A DNA stretch of 64,000 nt, from positions 1,365,838 to 1,429,837 of the forward strand of contig OZ252114.1 in the NCBI GenBank assembly GCA_965248635.1, written 5' to 3'. This document shows, in pieces, positions 46,581 to 57,383 of the stretch (positions within the stretch are counted from its first letter, which is position 1; every line of letters begins with the position of its first letter). Source of the DNA: Acidobacteriota bacterium (GTDB lineage Bacteria; Acidobacteriota; UBA6911; RPQK01; CBDAPI01). The translations under genes were made by a program, and so were the position numbers. The notes beneath the pieces were generated by a model that saw only the letters and a list, made by a program, of their open reading frames with translations, did no database searches and was not told the DNA's origin.

Positions 46581-47323
46581 CTGAGCCGCCGGGACACCTC
46601 GGGCAGAACCCGCGTCACATCTTCATCCAGTACCAGGTCCGCAGATGCATCGTGAGCGGTAGGACCTCGGTTGATAATGGCGTAGAAAGCGCCAGACTGC
46701 CTGGCAGTAAGTGGGACGGAGGCAGCCGGTTCAACTGTTAGAGAGGAGCCAACAGACACTGCCAGATCGGCGCTCCCGGCAGCTTCGTAGGCAATTCGTA
46801 TGGGCTTCTCTGGCATGCTTTGTCCAAAGGAAATGGTGGCCGGTTTCAGGAAACCGCCGCAATCGCAATTCGGGGGTTCGCTAGTCCTTCGGAATCCCTC
46901 GTAGACAGGCTCAGGGTCGGCCTGGCGTCCACACTGGATACACTCGATACGGCGGTTGGTGCCGTGCAGTTCGACCACCGCTTCGTCTGGAGAGCCAGCC
47001 AGCTGGTGAAGGCCGTCGATGTTCTGAGTGACCAGAGTTTGGATCCACCCGCCACCTTGAAGATCGGCGATTGCCAAGTGGCCTCCGTTCGGTTCGGCGG
47101 ACCTGAACGCGTCCCACCCCGCCAACTTGAACTGCCAGTGCTCGACCCGGGACTCGTGCGACGCCAGGAAGTCCTGAAAGTAGACCGGGCGCCACTCTTT
47201 CCAGAGGCCGTCCGGGCCCCGAAAATCAGGAATACCCGATGCGGTTGAGATTCCAGCTCCCGTAAACACGAGTACATACTTGGATTCAGACCAGACCTTG
47301 ATCAGGGTTTCAATCGGATTCAT
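46574..47323 (-). CDS. cobB: NAD-dependent protein deacylase (Sir2/CobB family)
   Basis: GAGISTASGIPDFRG, zinc ribbon CxxC...CxC (CIQCGRQ...CDCGG). Start trimmed to MNPIETLIKVW (the track ORF extends to 47377). About 250 aa. Confidence 0.85.
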   Translation of the reverse strand: MNPIETLIKVWSESKYVLVFTGAGISTASGIPDFRGPDGLWKEWRPVYFQDFLASHESRVEHWQFKLAGWDAFRSAEPNGGHLAIADLQGGGWIQTLVTQNIDGLHQLAGSPDEAVVELHGTNRRIECIQCGRQADPEPVYEGFRRTSEPPNCDCGGFLKPATISFGQSMPEKPIRIAYEAAGSADLAVSVGSSLTVEPAASVPLTARQSGAFYAIINRGPTAHDASADLVLDEDVTRVLPEVSRRLRE

Positions 47324-48200
47324 GAGGGAAGACAACAATGGGTTGGGCCACTTCGCCGGCCTGTCGCGCGATTGCAATCAACGAATTATCGTGGAAAAGG
47401 CGGCAGTAACCGGCAGGGCCGGGCACGCTGACTGGGTTGCCGTGCCGGGCATGTTTTGCCGAGTCTTCCTGCAAATCGATTCTGGGGAAGGTCGGCAACA
47501 GGGTATCCATCCCTCTGAAGCCGGTGGCCGGAGGCGTGGAGAGTTCGTCGAGTTGTACGGCGTCTGACAGGCGGAAGTCCCCTGACCGAAGACGGCATAA
47601 ATCCCCCAAGCAGGCACCACAGCCCAGTTTCTTGCCAATCTCATGCGCCAGAACGCGAACGTAGGTGCCAGCCGAGCACTGAACCTGGACTACCAGATCG
47701 GGTCCCGAGAGCTCCATGAACTCAATACAGTGAATGGACACAGCCCTGGGTTTTCTTTCGACAGTTTCTCCTCTGCGCGCCTTCTCATAGAGGCGTTCTC
47801 CAGCGACTCGAACAGCTGAAAACATGGGGGGCGTCTGCTCGATTTCTCCCTTAAAGCCGTGAAGGGCTTGTTCCACTTCTCGGCGCGAGAAATCGGGCAC
47901 CGGTTTGCGGGACTTGACTTCGCCTTCAAGGTCGTAAGTACTGGTGGTGACTCCCAGCCGGATTACGGCTCGATAGGTCTTGTCACTCTGCTGAAAGAAC
48001 TGTGCCAGCCGCGTTGCATTTCCCAACAGCAAGACCAGCACGCCCGACGCTAGTGGGTCGAGGGTGCCGGCGTGACCGACTCGAGAGTTAAAGAATTTCC
48101 TAACGGTCTGAACCATGTCGTGAGAGGTGGGCCCCGGGGGTTTGTTGACCACCAGCGCACCGTGAATCGGGGCCTCCTGATCAGGCTGAAATCCGGTCAT
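47310..48200 (-). CDS. truB: tRNA pseudouridine(55) synthase
   Basis: 296 aa, HAGTLDPLASGVL catalytic-Asp motif, PUA-like C-terminus. Confidence 0.9.
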   Translation of the reverse strand: MTGFQPDQEAPIHGALVVNKPPGPTSHDMVQTVRKFFNSRVGHAGTLDPLASGVLVLLLGNATRLAQFFQQSDKTYRAVIRLGVTTSTYDLEGEVKSRKPVPDFSRREVEQALHGFKGEIEQTPPMFSAVRVAGERLYEKARRGETVERKPRAVSIHCIEFMELSGPDLVVQVQCSAGTYVRVLAHEIGKKLGCGACLGDLCRLRSGDFRLSDAVQLDELSTPPATGFRGMDTLLPTFPRIDLQEDSAKHARHGNPVSVPGPAGYCRLFHDNSLIAIARQAGEVAQPIVVFPHESD

Positions 48201-49167
48201 GTAGTAGGGCTGCTAGTTCTCCGACAACCTGCTCCACCGCTTCGGCTAATGAGGCTGAGACGGTCAGTCCGGCGGCATTCCGGTGGCCTCCCCCTCCCCG
48301 GTGCCGGGCGATTGTCGCCACATCCAGGCGGCCGCTTGAGCGTAGACTGACGCGCGTTGTGTCGGAACCTTCCTCTCTGAAAAAGGCAACAGCATGGACG
48401 CCATTCAGAGAGAGGGGATAGTTGACAAACCCTTCCGTCAGGTCTTTGCTGGCTCCTGTTTTGTGGAGCATTTCCCGAGTCAGCAAAATCCAGGCAATTG
48501 GTTTAGTGGGATGAACCTGAAGTGTGCCCAAAACTTCAACCAGAAGTCTGATCCGAGAAAGGGGCTGACTCATGTAGACGGCCCCGGCGATTTCTGCTGG
48601 ACGAGCACCCTTTGCCACCAGATCGGCCGTTATCGAGAATGTCTTCCGGGTTGTGTTCGAGAACTGGAAGGACCCAGTATCGGTCAGGATGGCTGCGTAC
48701 AGATTGCTGGCAATCGAAGGCGTAATTTCCGCCTCCAGAGTGAGGATCAGTGCGTAAACGAGCTCCGCTACCGCAGCAGCGGAGTCATCTACCCAGTTGA
48801 GGTCGCCAAAGGTGTCAGTATTCGAGTGGTGGTCGATGTTGATGACGTGGTTGTCTTGCAGGTTCCCCAGGCCGGTTCTGGACAGATCGTTACATTCCAG
48901 AACGATGAGCGAATCGTAGTCTCCCCGCAGCTCTGAGTCGATACGCACCAGGTTAACGGCAGGCAGTCGAGAGTAAGCTTCCGGAACCGGATCAGCCTGG
49001 AGGATGTCAACCTGCTTGCCAAGCTGTTTCAAGGCGCACCCCAGCGCCACAGAGGACCCAAGAGAATCGCCGTCCGGTCGGGAGTGAGAGAGGACAGCAA
49101 AAGAATGGTGCCTCTCAACGAACTCAACAATCTTTTGCAGATTTGGATTCATGGTGCCAGGCCTCAA
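48181..49167 (-). CDS. nrnA: DHH-family phosphoesterase (NrnA-type oligoribonuclease/pAp phosphatase)
   Basis: 328 aa, DHH motif (NIDHHSN), DHHA1 GGGH motif. Confidence 0.8.
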   Translation of the reverse strand: MRPGTMNPNLQKIVEFVERHHSFAVLSHSRPDGDSLGSSVALGCALKQLGKQVDILQADPVPEAYSRLPAVNLVRIDSELRGDYDSLIVLECNDLSRTGLGNLQDNHVINIDHHSNTDTFGDLNWVDDSAAAVAELVYALILTLEAEITPSIASNLYAAILTDTGSFQFSNTTRKTFSITADLVAKGARPAEIAGAVYMSQPLSRIRLLVEVLGTLQVHPTKPIAWILLTREMLHKTGASKDLTEGFVNYPLSLNGVHAVAFFREEGSDTTRVSLRSSGRLDVATIARHRGGGGHRNAAGLTVSASLAEAVEQVVGELAALLHDRISA

Positions 49168-49454
49168 TCCAGGTCGACCATATCGATTTCTGTCCGGACC
49201 AGATCGCCACCCAGGATTCGTTCGCTTTCTCGAACCAGCTTTTCGGCGATTTGCTCCAGCTTCCGTCGATCGGAACCGATCGACACGGCTCCTATCAGTC
49301 CCCGCTGGCGCAGCTCCTGGTAGCCGATTTCCGCCACGGAAAAGTTGAAACGAGAGCGAATCCTACCGGAGAGCTTTCGAACGACGTTACGCTTTTCCTT
49401 GATCGACTGACAATACGGAAGATAGAGTTCCAGGGAGCAGTAGACGATTGGCAA
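49164..49454 (-). CDS. DUF503 (YlxP-like) protein
   Basis: 96 aa, SIKEKR...FNFSVAEIG signature. Position directly downstream of infB, as ylxP is in Bacillus. Confidence 0.75.
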   Translation of the reverse strand: MPIVYCSLELYLPYCQSIKEKRNVVRKLSGRIRSRFNFSVAEIGYQELRQRGLIGAVSIGSDRRKLEQIAEKLVRESERILGGDLVRTEIDMVDLD

Positions 49455-49536
49455 ATTCCATTCCCCTACCCGATCGTCCCGCCGCTGGGCCCGTGCCCTC
49501 CGAAAGTTGTCATCCGGGCGGCTGCTCAGTCGAGCT

Positions 49537-52059
49537 TCAGACGAGCTTGGACTGCACCTCTTTCTGGGTGTAGGCTTCGACTACGTCGCCGGGTTTGATG
49601 TCATTGAATGAGGTCAGCGAAATACCGCATTCATAATCGTTCTTTACTTCAGTCACATCTTCCTTGAAGCGGCGTAAAGAATCGATTCTCCCTTCGTGGA
49701 TGACCACGTTGTCGCGGAGAAGTCGGACTTTTGCACTCCGTCTGACACTGCCGTCACGTACATAGCTTCCAGCGATCGTCCCGAACTTGGGAACTCGAAA
49801 GATATCCCGGACTTCTGCCCGTCCCAGGATCACTTCCTCGAAAGTCGGATCGAGGAGTCCGACCATGGCCTGTTCGATTTCCTTCGTCACCTCGTAGATG
49901 ACGCTATGCAAACGGAGATCGACACCCTCTTTTTCCGCTTCACCGCGCGCCTTCGGCTCGGGTCGGACATTGAAACCGATGATAATCGCGTCAGACGCCG
50001 CCGCCAGCACGACGTCCGTTTCAGAAATGGCACCGACACCGCTGTGAATCGCCTTGATCTTGACCTTTTCGCCACTGAGCTTGGCAAGGCAGTCGACCAG
50101 AACTTCGGCCGAGCCTTGCGTATCGGCCTTAATGACGATGGCCAGCTCCTTGACTTCCCCTGACTGCATTTTGCCGTAAAGATCTTCGAGGCTGACCTTG
50201 GACCGCTGGGCCTGCGCCCGTCCCCTCTCCTGCTCGACTCGATAGTCGATAATGTGTCGGGCTTTCGTGACGTCCTCAATCATTTGAAATGGGTCACCCG
50301 CCAGCGGCACGCCCTGCATTCCCAGGATCTCGACTGCGCTGCTGGGTCCGCACTTCTGAATGGGATTTCCGCGATCATCAAAAATGGCCCGGACCTTGCC
50401 CAGGGAAGTTCCCGCAATGAAGGAATCGCCAACGGCGAGACTTCCGTTTTGAACGAGGATGGTCGCCACAGCCCCACGACCTTTGTCCAGTCTGGCTTCC
50501 AGCACAACCCCGGAGGCAGCCCTTTCGGGATTGGCCTCGAGTTCGGCAACGTCAGCCACCAGCAGAATCATTTCCAGGAGAAGATCCAGGTTGGTCTCCT
50601 GAATTGCCGAAACCTCGACCATGATCGTGTCTCCACCCCAGTCTTCGGCGATCAGTTCGAATTCGGTCAATTGCTGTTTGACTCGCTGGGCGTCCGCCTC
50701 AGGTCGGTCCACCTTGTTAATGGCAACAATGATTGGAACCCCTGCGGCCCGGGCATGGTCGATGGCTTCTTTCGTCTGGGGCATGACCCCATCGTCAGCG
50801 GCCACCACCAGGACGACGATATCGGTCACCTGAGCTCCCCGGGCACGCATCATCGTGAAAGCGGCATGACCCGGAGTGTCAATGAACACGACCCTCTTGT
50901 TGTCGACATCCACATGGTAAGCACCGATGTGCTGGGTAATTCCCCCTGCCTCCCCGGCAGCCACTCGGGTTTTTCGGATGGCGTCGAGCAGCGAAGTTTT
51001 TCCATGGTCGACGTGACCCATGACGGTAACAACCGGGGCTCGGACCACCATGTCTTCGGGTTGTTCCCCTTTCTGATCGTCTTCAATGACTGCCTCTTCA
51101 AACGAGACAAAATGGGGCATAATCTCAAAGGCCAGGCAGAGTTCCTCGGCTGCTTTCTGATCGAGAGTCTGGTTGATGTTGGTTGCCATAACTCCCATGT
51201 TGATGAGCTGGCGGAGGATGTCTTTGCTCTTGATGCCGGTTCGTTCGCTGAGTTCACGAACTGTGACGTTTTCGGGCAGCGTGACTTCGGCCGGAGGGCC
51301 TTCCTCAATCACTGCCGCTTTAGTCGTCGGGGCTGCCTCGTCAGGGCCCCTGACTTCAGCGCTGACGATCCCGGGTTCCGCCCCTTCGGGCTCATCTTCG
51401 ACCGTTGAGGGCAGTTCGCCTCCCGCGGTCACGGGCTCCTGCTCGACCACCGGGAGGGTTTGCCGACTTGCAGCGCTTTCCCCGCTGGCGGCTGCTGGGG
51501 GCGCCGGTGGCACGATCGCGGGAATGGAGGCTTCGCGAGCAACCAGTTCCTCCTCGGCTGCCGATGCGGCCAGCGCTTTTTCAAGGGCTTCGGCCGTTAT
51601 ACTTGCCTCGACCTTCTCGATGAGCGGTTCATCGTCGATGGACACTTCGACCAGTTCCGGGATCGTGGGCTCCTCTTCGTCGATCAGACCTCGATAATGT
51701 GCCTGACCCTTTCTTGGCTTCATTGAACTCGACAGAGGGCTGAAGAAAGTGGGTGTTTCCTCCACCTTCTTTTTGGGCCGACCCCTGGCCTTCCCGAGTT
51801 GCCGGATTGTTTTCTTAGCGGCCTTTCGAGGTTTGGCGGCGCTTTTCTTCTTTTCTTTAACTTTTTCCGCTCTGATTTTTTCTTCCTTTTCCTGCTCGGT
51901 TCGCAACTGAAGTCGCCGGCGAATGCGATTTGCAATATCCTGATCCACCGGAGTATCGGACGATGGAACCCATACCCCAATTTTCTTGAGCTCTGAGATC
52001 ACGTTTGAATTTAGAAGTTCGAACTCAGATGCCAGATCGCTGACCGTAATTTGTTCCAT
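49537..52059 (-). CDS. infB: Translation initiation factor IF-2
   Basis: 840 aa, charged N-terminal region, G-domain [13 protein letters not shown]-terminal beta-barrel domains. Confidence 0.95.
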   Translation of the reverse strand: MEQITVSDLASEFELLNSNVISELKKIGVWVPSSDTPVDQDIANRIRRRLQLRTEQEKEEKIRAEKVKEKKKSAAKPRKAAKKTIRQLGKARGRPKKKVEETPTFFSPLSSSMKPRKGQAHYRGLIDEEEPTIPELVEVSIDDEPLIEKVEASITAEALEKALAASAAEEELVAREASIPAIVPPAPPAAASGESAASRQTLPVVEQEPVTAGGELPSTVEDEPEGAEPGIVSAEVRGPDEAAPTTKAAVIEEGPPAEVTLPENVTVRELSERTGIKSKDILRQLINMGVMATNINQTLDQKAAEELCLAFEIMPHFVSFEEAVIEDDQKGEQPEDMVVRAPVVTVMGHVDHGKTSLLDAIRKTRVAAGEAGGITQHIGAYHVDVDNKRVVFIDTPGHAAFTMMRARGAQVTDIVVLVVAADDGVMPQTKEAIDHARAAGVPIIVAINKVDRPEADAQRVKQQLTEFELIAEDWGGDTIMVEVSAIQETNLDLLLEMILLVADVAELEANPERAASGVVLEARLDKGRGAVATILVQNGSLAVGDSFIAGTSLGKVRAIFDDRGNPIQKCGPSSAVEILGMQGVPLAGDPFQMIEDVTKARHIIDYRVEQERGRAQAQRSKVSLEDLYGKMQSGEVKELAIVIKADTQGSAEVLVDCLAKLSGEKVKIKAIHSGVGAISETDVVLAAASDAIIIGFNVRPEPKARGEAEKEGVDLRLHSVIYEVTKEIEQAMVGLLDPTFEEVILGRAEVRDIFRVPKFGTIAGSYVRDGSVRRSAKVRLLRDNVVIHEGRIDSLRRFKEDVTEVKNDYECGISLTSFNDIKPGDVVEAYTQKEVQSKLV

Positions 52060-52113
52060 GCTGTCAACCTTACTATCTGCAGGACCGAGTCGCTTTCTCG
52101 GTCTTCCAAGAAG

Positions 52114-53562
52114 CTATTCTGAAACGGCCTTTTCTTCTTCCTCTCTCGCTGAATCTTCTGCCGGAGTCTCTTCGAGCTCCCCGGGTTCTTGACTTTGCGC
52201 CGCCGCACTCGCCTGGACCTCTTCCAGAGAGCTCTCCTCATCGCCGGCGACAGGCGGGTCTTCGCTCACGGCCTCCAGTTCCGGATCTTCCTGGGAGTCA
52301 GGCTCTTGCTGGTATTCGCGGGCCACTCTCAGGAGCTTTTCAGCAGTCTTCGGACCGATTCCTGGAATGGATTCCAGTTCCTCGTTGGTCTTGGCGAGAA
52401 GAGATTCAACTGTGCCGATTCCTTCTTCTTTCAATCGCTCCCGCAGTTTTTCGCTGGTGCCGGTCAACTTCTCTAGAGGTATCTGCGAAGCCTCGACGAG
52501 CCTTTCCATGTGGCTGAGGATCTCGAGTTTCTTGTCCTCCTCACTCTTGATGTTGATTTCCCAACCCAACAGTTTGGAGGCCAGACGCACGTTCTGTCCC
52601 TTTTTGCCGATGGCCAGGGAGAGCTGATCCTCTGGAACAATGACCTCGAGAACTTTGCTGACCGGATCCATGATCAGGACTTTTGAAATCTTAGCTGGAT
52701 TCAATGCGTTGACCGTGTAATCGAGGATGTCACCCGAGTACTGGATGATGTCGATCTTCTCGCCCTTCAAGTCGCGAATGACCGCGTTGATACGACTCCC
52801 TTTCATGCCCACGCAGGCTCCAACCGGGTCGACGGTTTCGTCCCGGCTGGCGACCGCAACCTTAGCCCGCTCACCACCTTCTCGAACGGCATTCTTGATC
52901 ACAACGGTGGCATCATAGACTTCTGGAATCTCGGTTTCGAAGAGACGGATCAGAAGACTTGGGTCCGCCCGGGAGACGACGATCTGAGGACCTTTGGTGA
53001 GGCGGTGGACCTTGATGATGACGGCGCGAATGCGGTCGCCCTGTTTATAGAGCTCGTTTCGTGATTGCTCGGGAAGCGGCAGAATCGCTTCGGTGCGACC
53101 GATATCAAGAATGATGTCGCGTCCTTCAAAACGGCGGACAATACCATTCACCACCTGTCCCACCTGCCCTGAGAACTCTTCGAACACAATCTCTCGCTCG
53201 GCTTCGCGAACCTTTTGTGTGATCACCTGTTTGGCAGTCTGGGCCGCGATTCGCCCCAGTTCGAGAGTCGGCTTGGGGATCTCTATGTAATCTCCCACGA
53301 TAAAGGTCTCATCAATTTCCAGGGCGTCAGGCAAGCCCATTTCAGTTTCATCGTCCTCCACCTCCTCGACGATTCGCTTGACAGCGAAAACCTCGATCGT
53401 ACCCGATTCAGGATCATAGCGACTCTGCAGATCCTCTTCGCTCTTGAAGAAACGCCGGGCCGCGGCTACCATCGCGTCCTCGAGGGCTTCTTGAATCAAT
53501 CGAGGCTCAATTCCCTTCTCGCGACTGACTTGTTCAATCGTCTGGGCTAGCGGATTTGCCAT
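52114..53562 (-). CDS. nusA: Transcription termination/antitermination factor NusA (with acidic C-terminal extension)
   Basis: 482 aa with S1, KH1 and KH2 domains and C-terminal helix-hairpin-helix-like repeats. Confidence 0.95.
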   Translation of the reverse strand: MANPLAQTIEQVSREKGIEPRLIQEALEDAMVAAARRFFKSEEDLQSRYDPESGTIEVFAVKRIVEEVEDDETEMGLPDALEIDETFIVGDYIEIPKPTLELGRIAAQTAKQVITQKVREAEREIVFEEFSGQVGQVVNGIVRRFEGRDIILDIGRTEAILPLPEQSRNELYKQGDRIRAVIIKVHRLTKGPQIVVSRADPSLLIRLFETEIPEVYDATVVIKNAVREGGERAKVAVASRDETVDPVGACVGMKGSRINAVIRDLKGEKIDIIQYSGDILDYTVNALNPAKISKVLIMDPVSKVLEVIVPEDQLSLAIGKKGQNVRLASKLLGWEINIKSEEDKKLEILSHMERLVEASQIPLEKLTGTSEKLRERLKEEGIGTVESLLAKTNEELESIPGIGPKTAEKLLRVAREYQQEPDSQEDPELEAVSEDPPVAGDEESSLEEVQASAAAQSQEPGELEETPAEDSAREEEEKAVSE

Positions 53563-53594
53563 CTCTTAAGTCCCTCTGGTCTTTCACGGCGCTG

Positions 53595-54062
53595 TCACTC
53601 AAAGCGGTGGATCAGGTTTGCCTTCTTGATATTTTCCAGCGGAATTTGAAAGATCTCGCCTTCGCATTCCAGTTCGATCACCTCCGCCCTGATGCTTTTG
53701 AGCCATCCCTTGAATTTCCGCCGGTCGCCCACTTTCATTCGGGTCGTCAGACAAATTTCGTTTCCCGCATATTTCTCGAAATCACTGGCACTGAAGAGAG
53801 GTCGCTCCAGGCCCGGCGAAGAAACTTCCAGCGTGTATCGATGCGGAATCAGGTCTTCAACGTCCAAGAGAACACCTGTCTTGCGGCTGACCCTCTGGCA
53901 GTCGCCGAGATCGACTCCTCCTTCTTTGTCGATGTAGATGCGAACCAGTGCGCCCCGTCCCTCTGGAAGGTACTGGACATAAACCAGCTCGCAACCTTCG
54001 TCTCTAACCAGGCCCTGGATCGACTGATGAATCTGATCGGCAACTTCGCCTTTGGCTGTCAC
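53595..54062 (-). CDS. rimP: Ribosome maturation factor RimP
   Basis: 155 aa, directly upstream of nusA. GTG start with GGAGAA RBS. Confidence 0.85.
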   Translation of the reverse strand: MTAKGEVADQIHQSIQGLVRDEGCELVYVQYLPEGRGALVRIYIDKEGGVDLGDCQRVSRKTGVLLDVEDLIPHRYTLEVSSPGLERPLFSASDFEKYAGNEICLTTRMKVGDRRKFKGWLKSIRAEVIELECEGEIFQIPLENIKKANLIHRFE

Positions 54063-54070
54063 TTCTCCAT

Positions 54071-54097
54071 AAAATAAAAAAGTGGGCAGAAGCCCAC
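54071..54097 (-). terminator. Rho-independent terminator between the M16 peptidase gene and rimP
   Basis: On the minus strand: GTGGGC-ttct-GCCCAC followed by TTTTTTATTTT, ending 8 nt before the rimP RBS. Confidence 0.7.
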
Positions 54098-54144
54098 TGA
54101 TTTCAAATACCAGCTTGCGGTTAAGTATACGCGAGGATGAGAGG

Positions 54145-55506
54145 TTAGTTCAAGATCTTGACAGGGCCAAGCTGGCTGACATTTTGCTGGATTTCAGCAG
54201 CAGGTCCGGCCACCACGACCAACAGAGAATCGCTTCTCAAATAGGTGCCCAGTACGTCCGACAGCTGACGTTGCTGGACGCGGTCGAGGCGCAAACCATA
54301 GTTAACGAGGTAGGAGATGCCCTGGCTGTAGAGATTTGCCTTGAGCAACTCGAAGAGGGTTCCGGCCGGCTCCTCCAGGGCCTGTTTGAGTTCCAGAAAT
54401 GCCAGCTCTTTCGCCTCTTTGTACCGTGCTTGATCGAGTTCACCTGCTGCAAGAGTGTCCAGAGCACTCAGGCACCTGTCCAGGTACTCCGCAACTCGCG
54501 AGCTGGGGACCCGAAGGTTGATCTGAAAAGCGCCCGGCATTGTCATGGCGCGCAGGCTGACCGAGCCCCGAATCTGGCTTGAGTCCTCAATCTCTCGAGC
54601 CCAAACCGGAAGACTCAGGGTTAAGTAGTGTTCCAGAACTTTGAGTGGGTAGTAGGCGCGGTCCGACATTGCGACGGTCAGGCCCCCGAGGCGTATCACG
54701 CTCTCGGGGCCGGGGGAATCGATCAGCAAGATACGCCTTTCTGTACTCGGCTCTGCCTTTCGGAAGGTAAAAGGGGCGGCCCGGGAACGAACCCAACCTC
54801 CCCAGGGTCTTCCCAGCGACAGGAATAGACGATTCTCCGTGTCTTCAAAAGACAGTGCCAGCTGGGCCTGGTTGGGCATCATCAGCTTGCGGTACTGGAT
54901 CTTGACATCTATCAGCGTCAGATCCTGAACAGAGCTGAGAGTTCCTTCCACCGAATGGCCGTAAGGGTTGTTTCGAAACAACTCGCTCTGAAAAACCCCC
55001 TGTGTCTGATGATCTAGATCCAACTCTTTTTGAAGCGCTTCCAGAACCAGGGCCTGCTCACGTTGAAAGCTTTCTTCGGTGAGGTCAGGGTGAACTAGAA
55101 GCTCCGCCAGAGTGCCCAGGGCTGCTTGAACCCCCGCACCGGGAGCTTGTCCGTGAAAAAAGATGGCATCCCACTCGACAGTCGAGCGGAACTCGGCTCC
55201 AGTCTCCTCCAGATCCTGCCTGATCAGTTCGACTGATCGGGTCTTGCTCCCCCCTCGGAGCAGCATTTGCGCCATGAGGTTGGTGATTCCCCACTTTCCG
55301 ACAGGGTCAAAAGCGGCACCATTCCGGATCATGAGTACGAACTGTGATATCTCGGGGTTACGAGGAGGAAGGAAGTACACCTCGAACCCGTTGAGTAAGG
55401 CCTTTTTCTGGACCCTGGTGAGGTCCACCTGCGCTGAGGTGGCGGCGGCGGCGGCCAGCCAGAGTGAAAGGGACAACAGCGCCAGGTTTCGTCTTGGAAC
55501 CTTCAT
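54145..55506 (-). CDS. M16 (insulinase/pitrilysin) family peptidase-like protein, secreted
   Basis: 453 aa, signal peptide, M16 N- and C-domain fold. No clear HxxEH motif, so it may be a non-catalytic subunit. Confidence 0.65.
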   Translation of the reverse strand: MKVPRRNLALLSLSLWLAAAAATSAQVDLTRVQKKALLNGFEVYFLPPRNPEISQFVLMIRNGAAFDPVGKWGITNLMAQMLLRGGSKTRSVELIRQDLEETGAEFRSTVEWDAIFFHGQAPGAGVQAALGTLAELLVHPDLTEESFQREQALVLEALQKELDLDHQTQGVFQSELFRNNPYGHSVEGTLSSVQDLTLIDVKIQYRKLMMPNQAQLALSFEDTENRLFLSLGRPWGGWVRSRAAPFTFRKAEPSTERRILLIDSPGPESVIRLGGLTVAMSDRAYYPLKVLEHYLTLSLPVWAREIEDSSQIRGSVSLRAMTMPGAFQINLRVPSSRVAEYLDRCLSALDTLAAGELDQARYKEAKELAFLELKQALEEPAGTLFELLKANLYSQGISYLVNYGLRLDRVQQRQLSDVLGTYLRSDSLLVVVAGPAAEIQQNVSQLGPVKILN

Positions 55507-55654
55507 AAGCTGTGACCAGCGATCTCAAGAGTTCAGGCATTCTATCAGAAAGCAGCCGGAACAAAGGCTGTGGATCCGTATCTATGGAAGGGAGTACTAA
55601 TCAAGTGCTCGTGCTCCATCAGGTTGCTCAGGAGAAAATCGATCGGTTAGATTT

Positions 55655-56479
55655 ATGGAAGTGAGTCCTAAGACCAGACGAAACCTGCGAAGCGAATCCT
55701 GCTCGCTCGTATTGTCCTGTTCTGCATTGTCTCTGGTACTCCTGGTCTCCCTGGTTTCCGGCTGCAAAAAGCGGACCGCTGCGACTGCCCCGCCGCTTGT
55801 GACGGGTCCGCAGGAAGCTCCGGTTCGGGCTTCGAATCCGCCAACTCTCGAGGCCTCACTGGGTGGCGGTAAGGGCTCCGGGGGAAGTATCTGGCTGGTG
55901 TGGAAGTCGGACAATGCGGACTCCGTGGTCATCGACAACGGGATCGGTGACGTGCTGCTCCAGGGGCGTATTCAGCTTCCGCCTCATGTCCAGGCCACCT
56001 ACACCGTCACCGCCCACGGTCCCGGTGGTTCGACTTCAAGGAAGGTCCGAGTGAACAACGAAGTCCAGGCCCGGACGGACTCGAGCGTAACTGGCCCGAA
56101 AGCCTGTTCCCTGGAAGAGGAGTTTTCTCTTCAGGTCAAGACGGTCTATTTCGAATTGGACCGTCCTCGGCTCGGTGACGAAGCGCGGCGGGTTCTGGAT
56201 GAAAGCATTGCCTGGTTGACCAGGTCCGAAAACGATTCCATCCGTTTCACGGTTGAGGGATACAGCGATCCGGTCGGCAGCGAGGAATTCGGCCATGCAG
56301 TGGGAGACGTCCGAGCCTCACTGGTCAGGGCTTACATGATCGAGCGAGGGATTGATGAGGGCAGAATCCTGGCGGTCTCACTCGGAGAAGAGGGATCTAC
56401 GGCCGAGCAGAGGGAAGAATTCCCGGGCCAGAATGGTAGGACCGCGTTCGTTTTGAGCAGGAAGGAACTGGAGGACTAG
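55655..56479 (+). CDS. OmpA-family lipoprotein (Pal-like peptidoglycan-associated protein)
   Basis: 274 aa, lipobox LVSGC, C-terminal OmpA-like domain (TVEGYSDPVGSEEF...RA..V..Y). Confidence 0.75.
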   Translation: MEVSPKTRRNLRSESCSLVLSCSALSLVLLVSLVSGCKKRTAATAPPLVTGPQEAPVRASNPPTLEASLGGGKGSGGSIWLVWKSDNADSVVIDNGIGDVLLQGRIQLPPHVQATYTVTAHGPGGSTSRKVRVNNEVQARTDSSVTGPKACSLEEEFSLQVKTVYFELDRPRLGDEARRVLDESIAWLTRSENDSIRFTVEGYSDPVGSEEFGHAVGDVRASLVRAYMIERGIDEGRILAVSLGEEGSTAEQREEFPGQNGRTAFVLSRKELED

Positions 56480-57337
56480 ATGGATCACCTGGTTCGAGAT
56501 CTTTCCGCCCCGGCCCGAGTGCTGGATCTTGGCTCGGGAGGCGGAAGTTTCGATTATTCCTCAACCAGTTCAGGGGTTGTAGCTGTTGATATCGCTTTTC
56601 CGGCTCCAATCCAGGGAGCCCTGGGCCAGGTCTGTGCCAGTTCCTCGGCCCTCCCGCTGAAGGATGAATCAGTGGATCTGGTGGTGACTAATCACACCCT
56701 GGAACACTTTGCGGAATTGGATTGTGCGCTCACTGAGGTCGACAGAGTCTTGAAGGAAGAGGGAGCGTTATGGGTTGCAGTGCCGGATAAGTCTTGCCTC
56801 GATGACATCCTCTATCGCTGGGTGTTTGAGGGGGGCGGACATGTCAATCTGTTTACTCTGGCCTCCCTTATATCGACCGTAGAGGCGCACACAGGCCTGC
56901 GGGCCCGGGAATTCAAGAGACTTTTTTCGGGATTCGTGTACTTGAGTCCCCCAGACCCTGAAAAGCTCGTACACTTCCCACCACGAGCCAGATGGCTGGG
57001 GATGGTTCCCCGTGTGCTTCTCAGATTCGGACTACGCTGGCTGAATTACCTGACTCGTCTATGTGACGGCTGGCTCTCTACTCGTCTCAGTCAGTACGGC
57101 TGGGGAGTCGTGTTCCAAAAGAGCAAGGAACCAGTATCGATGATCGAGTTGAAATGTGATGTCAATGTCTGCTTCCGGTGCGGAACTGGTCACCCGGACA
57201 CTACACTGGTTTCTGTGGTTTTCCGAAAGCTGCTGTGGAGGACGTACAGCTGCAGCACCTGCGCCGAGAAGAACCTGTACTTCGATACGTTCCGGATTGT
57301 CAGTTCCAAACCATCGCGAGCTGAGTTCCTTGTTTAA
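56480..57337 (+). CDS. Class I SAM-dependent methyltransferase with C-terminal Cys4 zinc-ribbon
   Basis: 285 aa, motif I VLDLGSGGG, Methyltransf_11-like. CFRCGTG...CSTC zinc ribbon at the C-terminus. Confidence 0.7.
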   Translation: MDHLVRDLSAPARVLDLGSGGGSFDYSSTSSGVVAVDIAFPAPIQGALGQVCASSSALPLKDESVDLVVTNHTLEHFAELDCALTEVDRVLKEEGALWVAVPDKSCLDDILYRWVFEGGGHVNLFTLASLISTVEAHTGLRAREFKRLFSGFVYLSPPDPEKLVHFPPRARWLGMVPRVLLRFGLRWLNYLTRLCDGWLSTRLSQYGWGVVFQKSKEPVSMIELKCDVNVCFRCGTGHPDTTLVSVVFRKLLWRTYSCSTCAEKNLYFDTFRIVSSKPSRAEFLV

Positions 57338-57383
57338 GACATCTCTCCCTTCACGGTCTGGCCGGCTCTGGAAAATTCTCCCG

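Noticed and set aside
46574-47377. SIR2-domain gene considered as a defense-system component (Thoeris/DSR-like)
   Set aside because: It is short (about 250 aa) with a canonical CobB zinc ribbon and NAD-binding motifs. It is syntenic with truB/nrnA housekeeping genes and has no partner effector or sensor gene. It is an ordinary protein deacylase.
57156-57383. Upstream extension of the hypothetical membrane protein ORF overlapping the methyltransferase by 180 nt
   Set aside because: An overlap this large is unlikely. The first TM helix begins after the methyltransferase stop, so the start was moved to an internal GTG. This placement is low-confidence.
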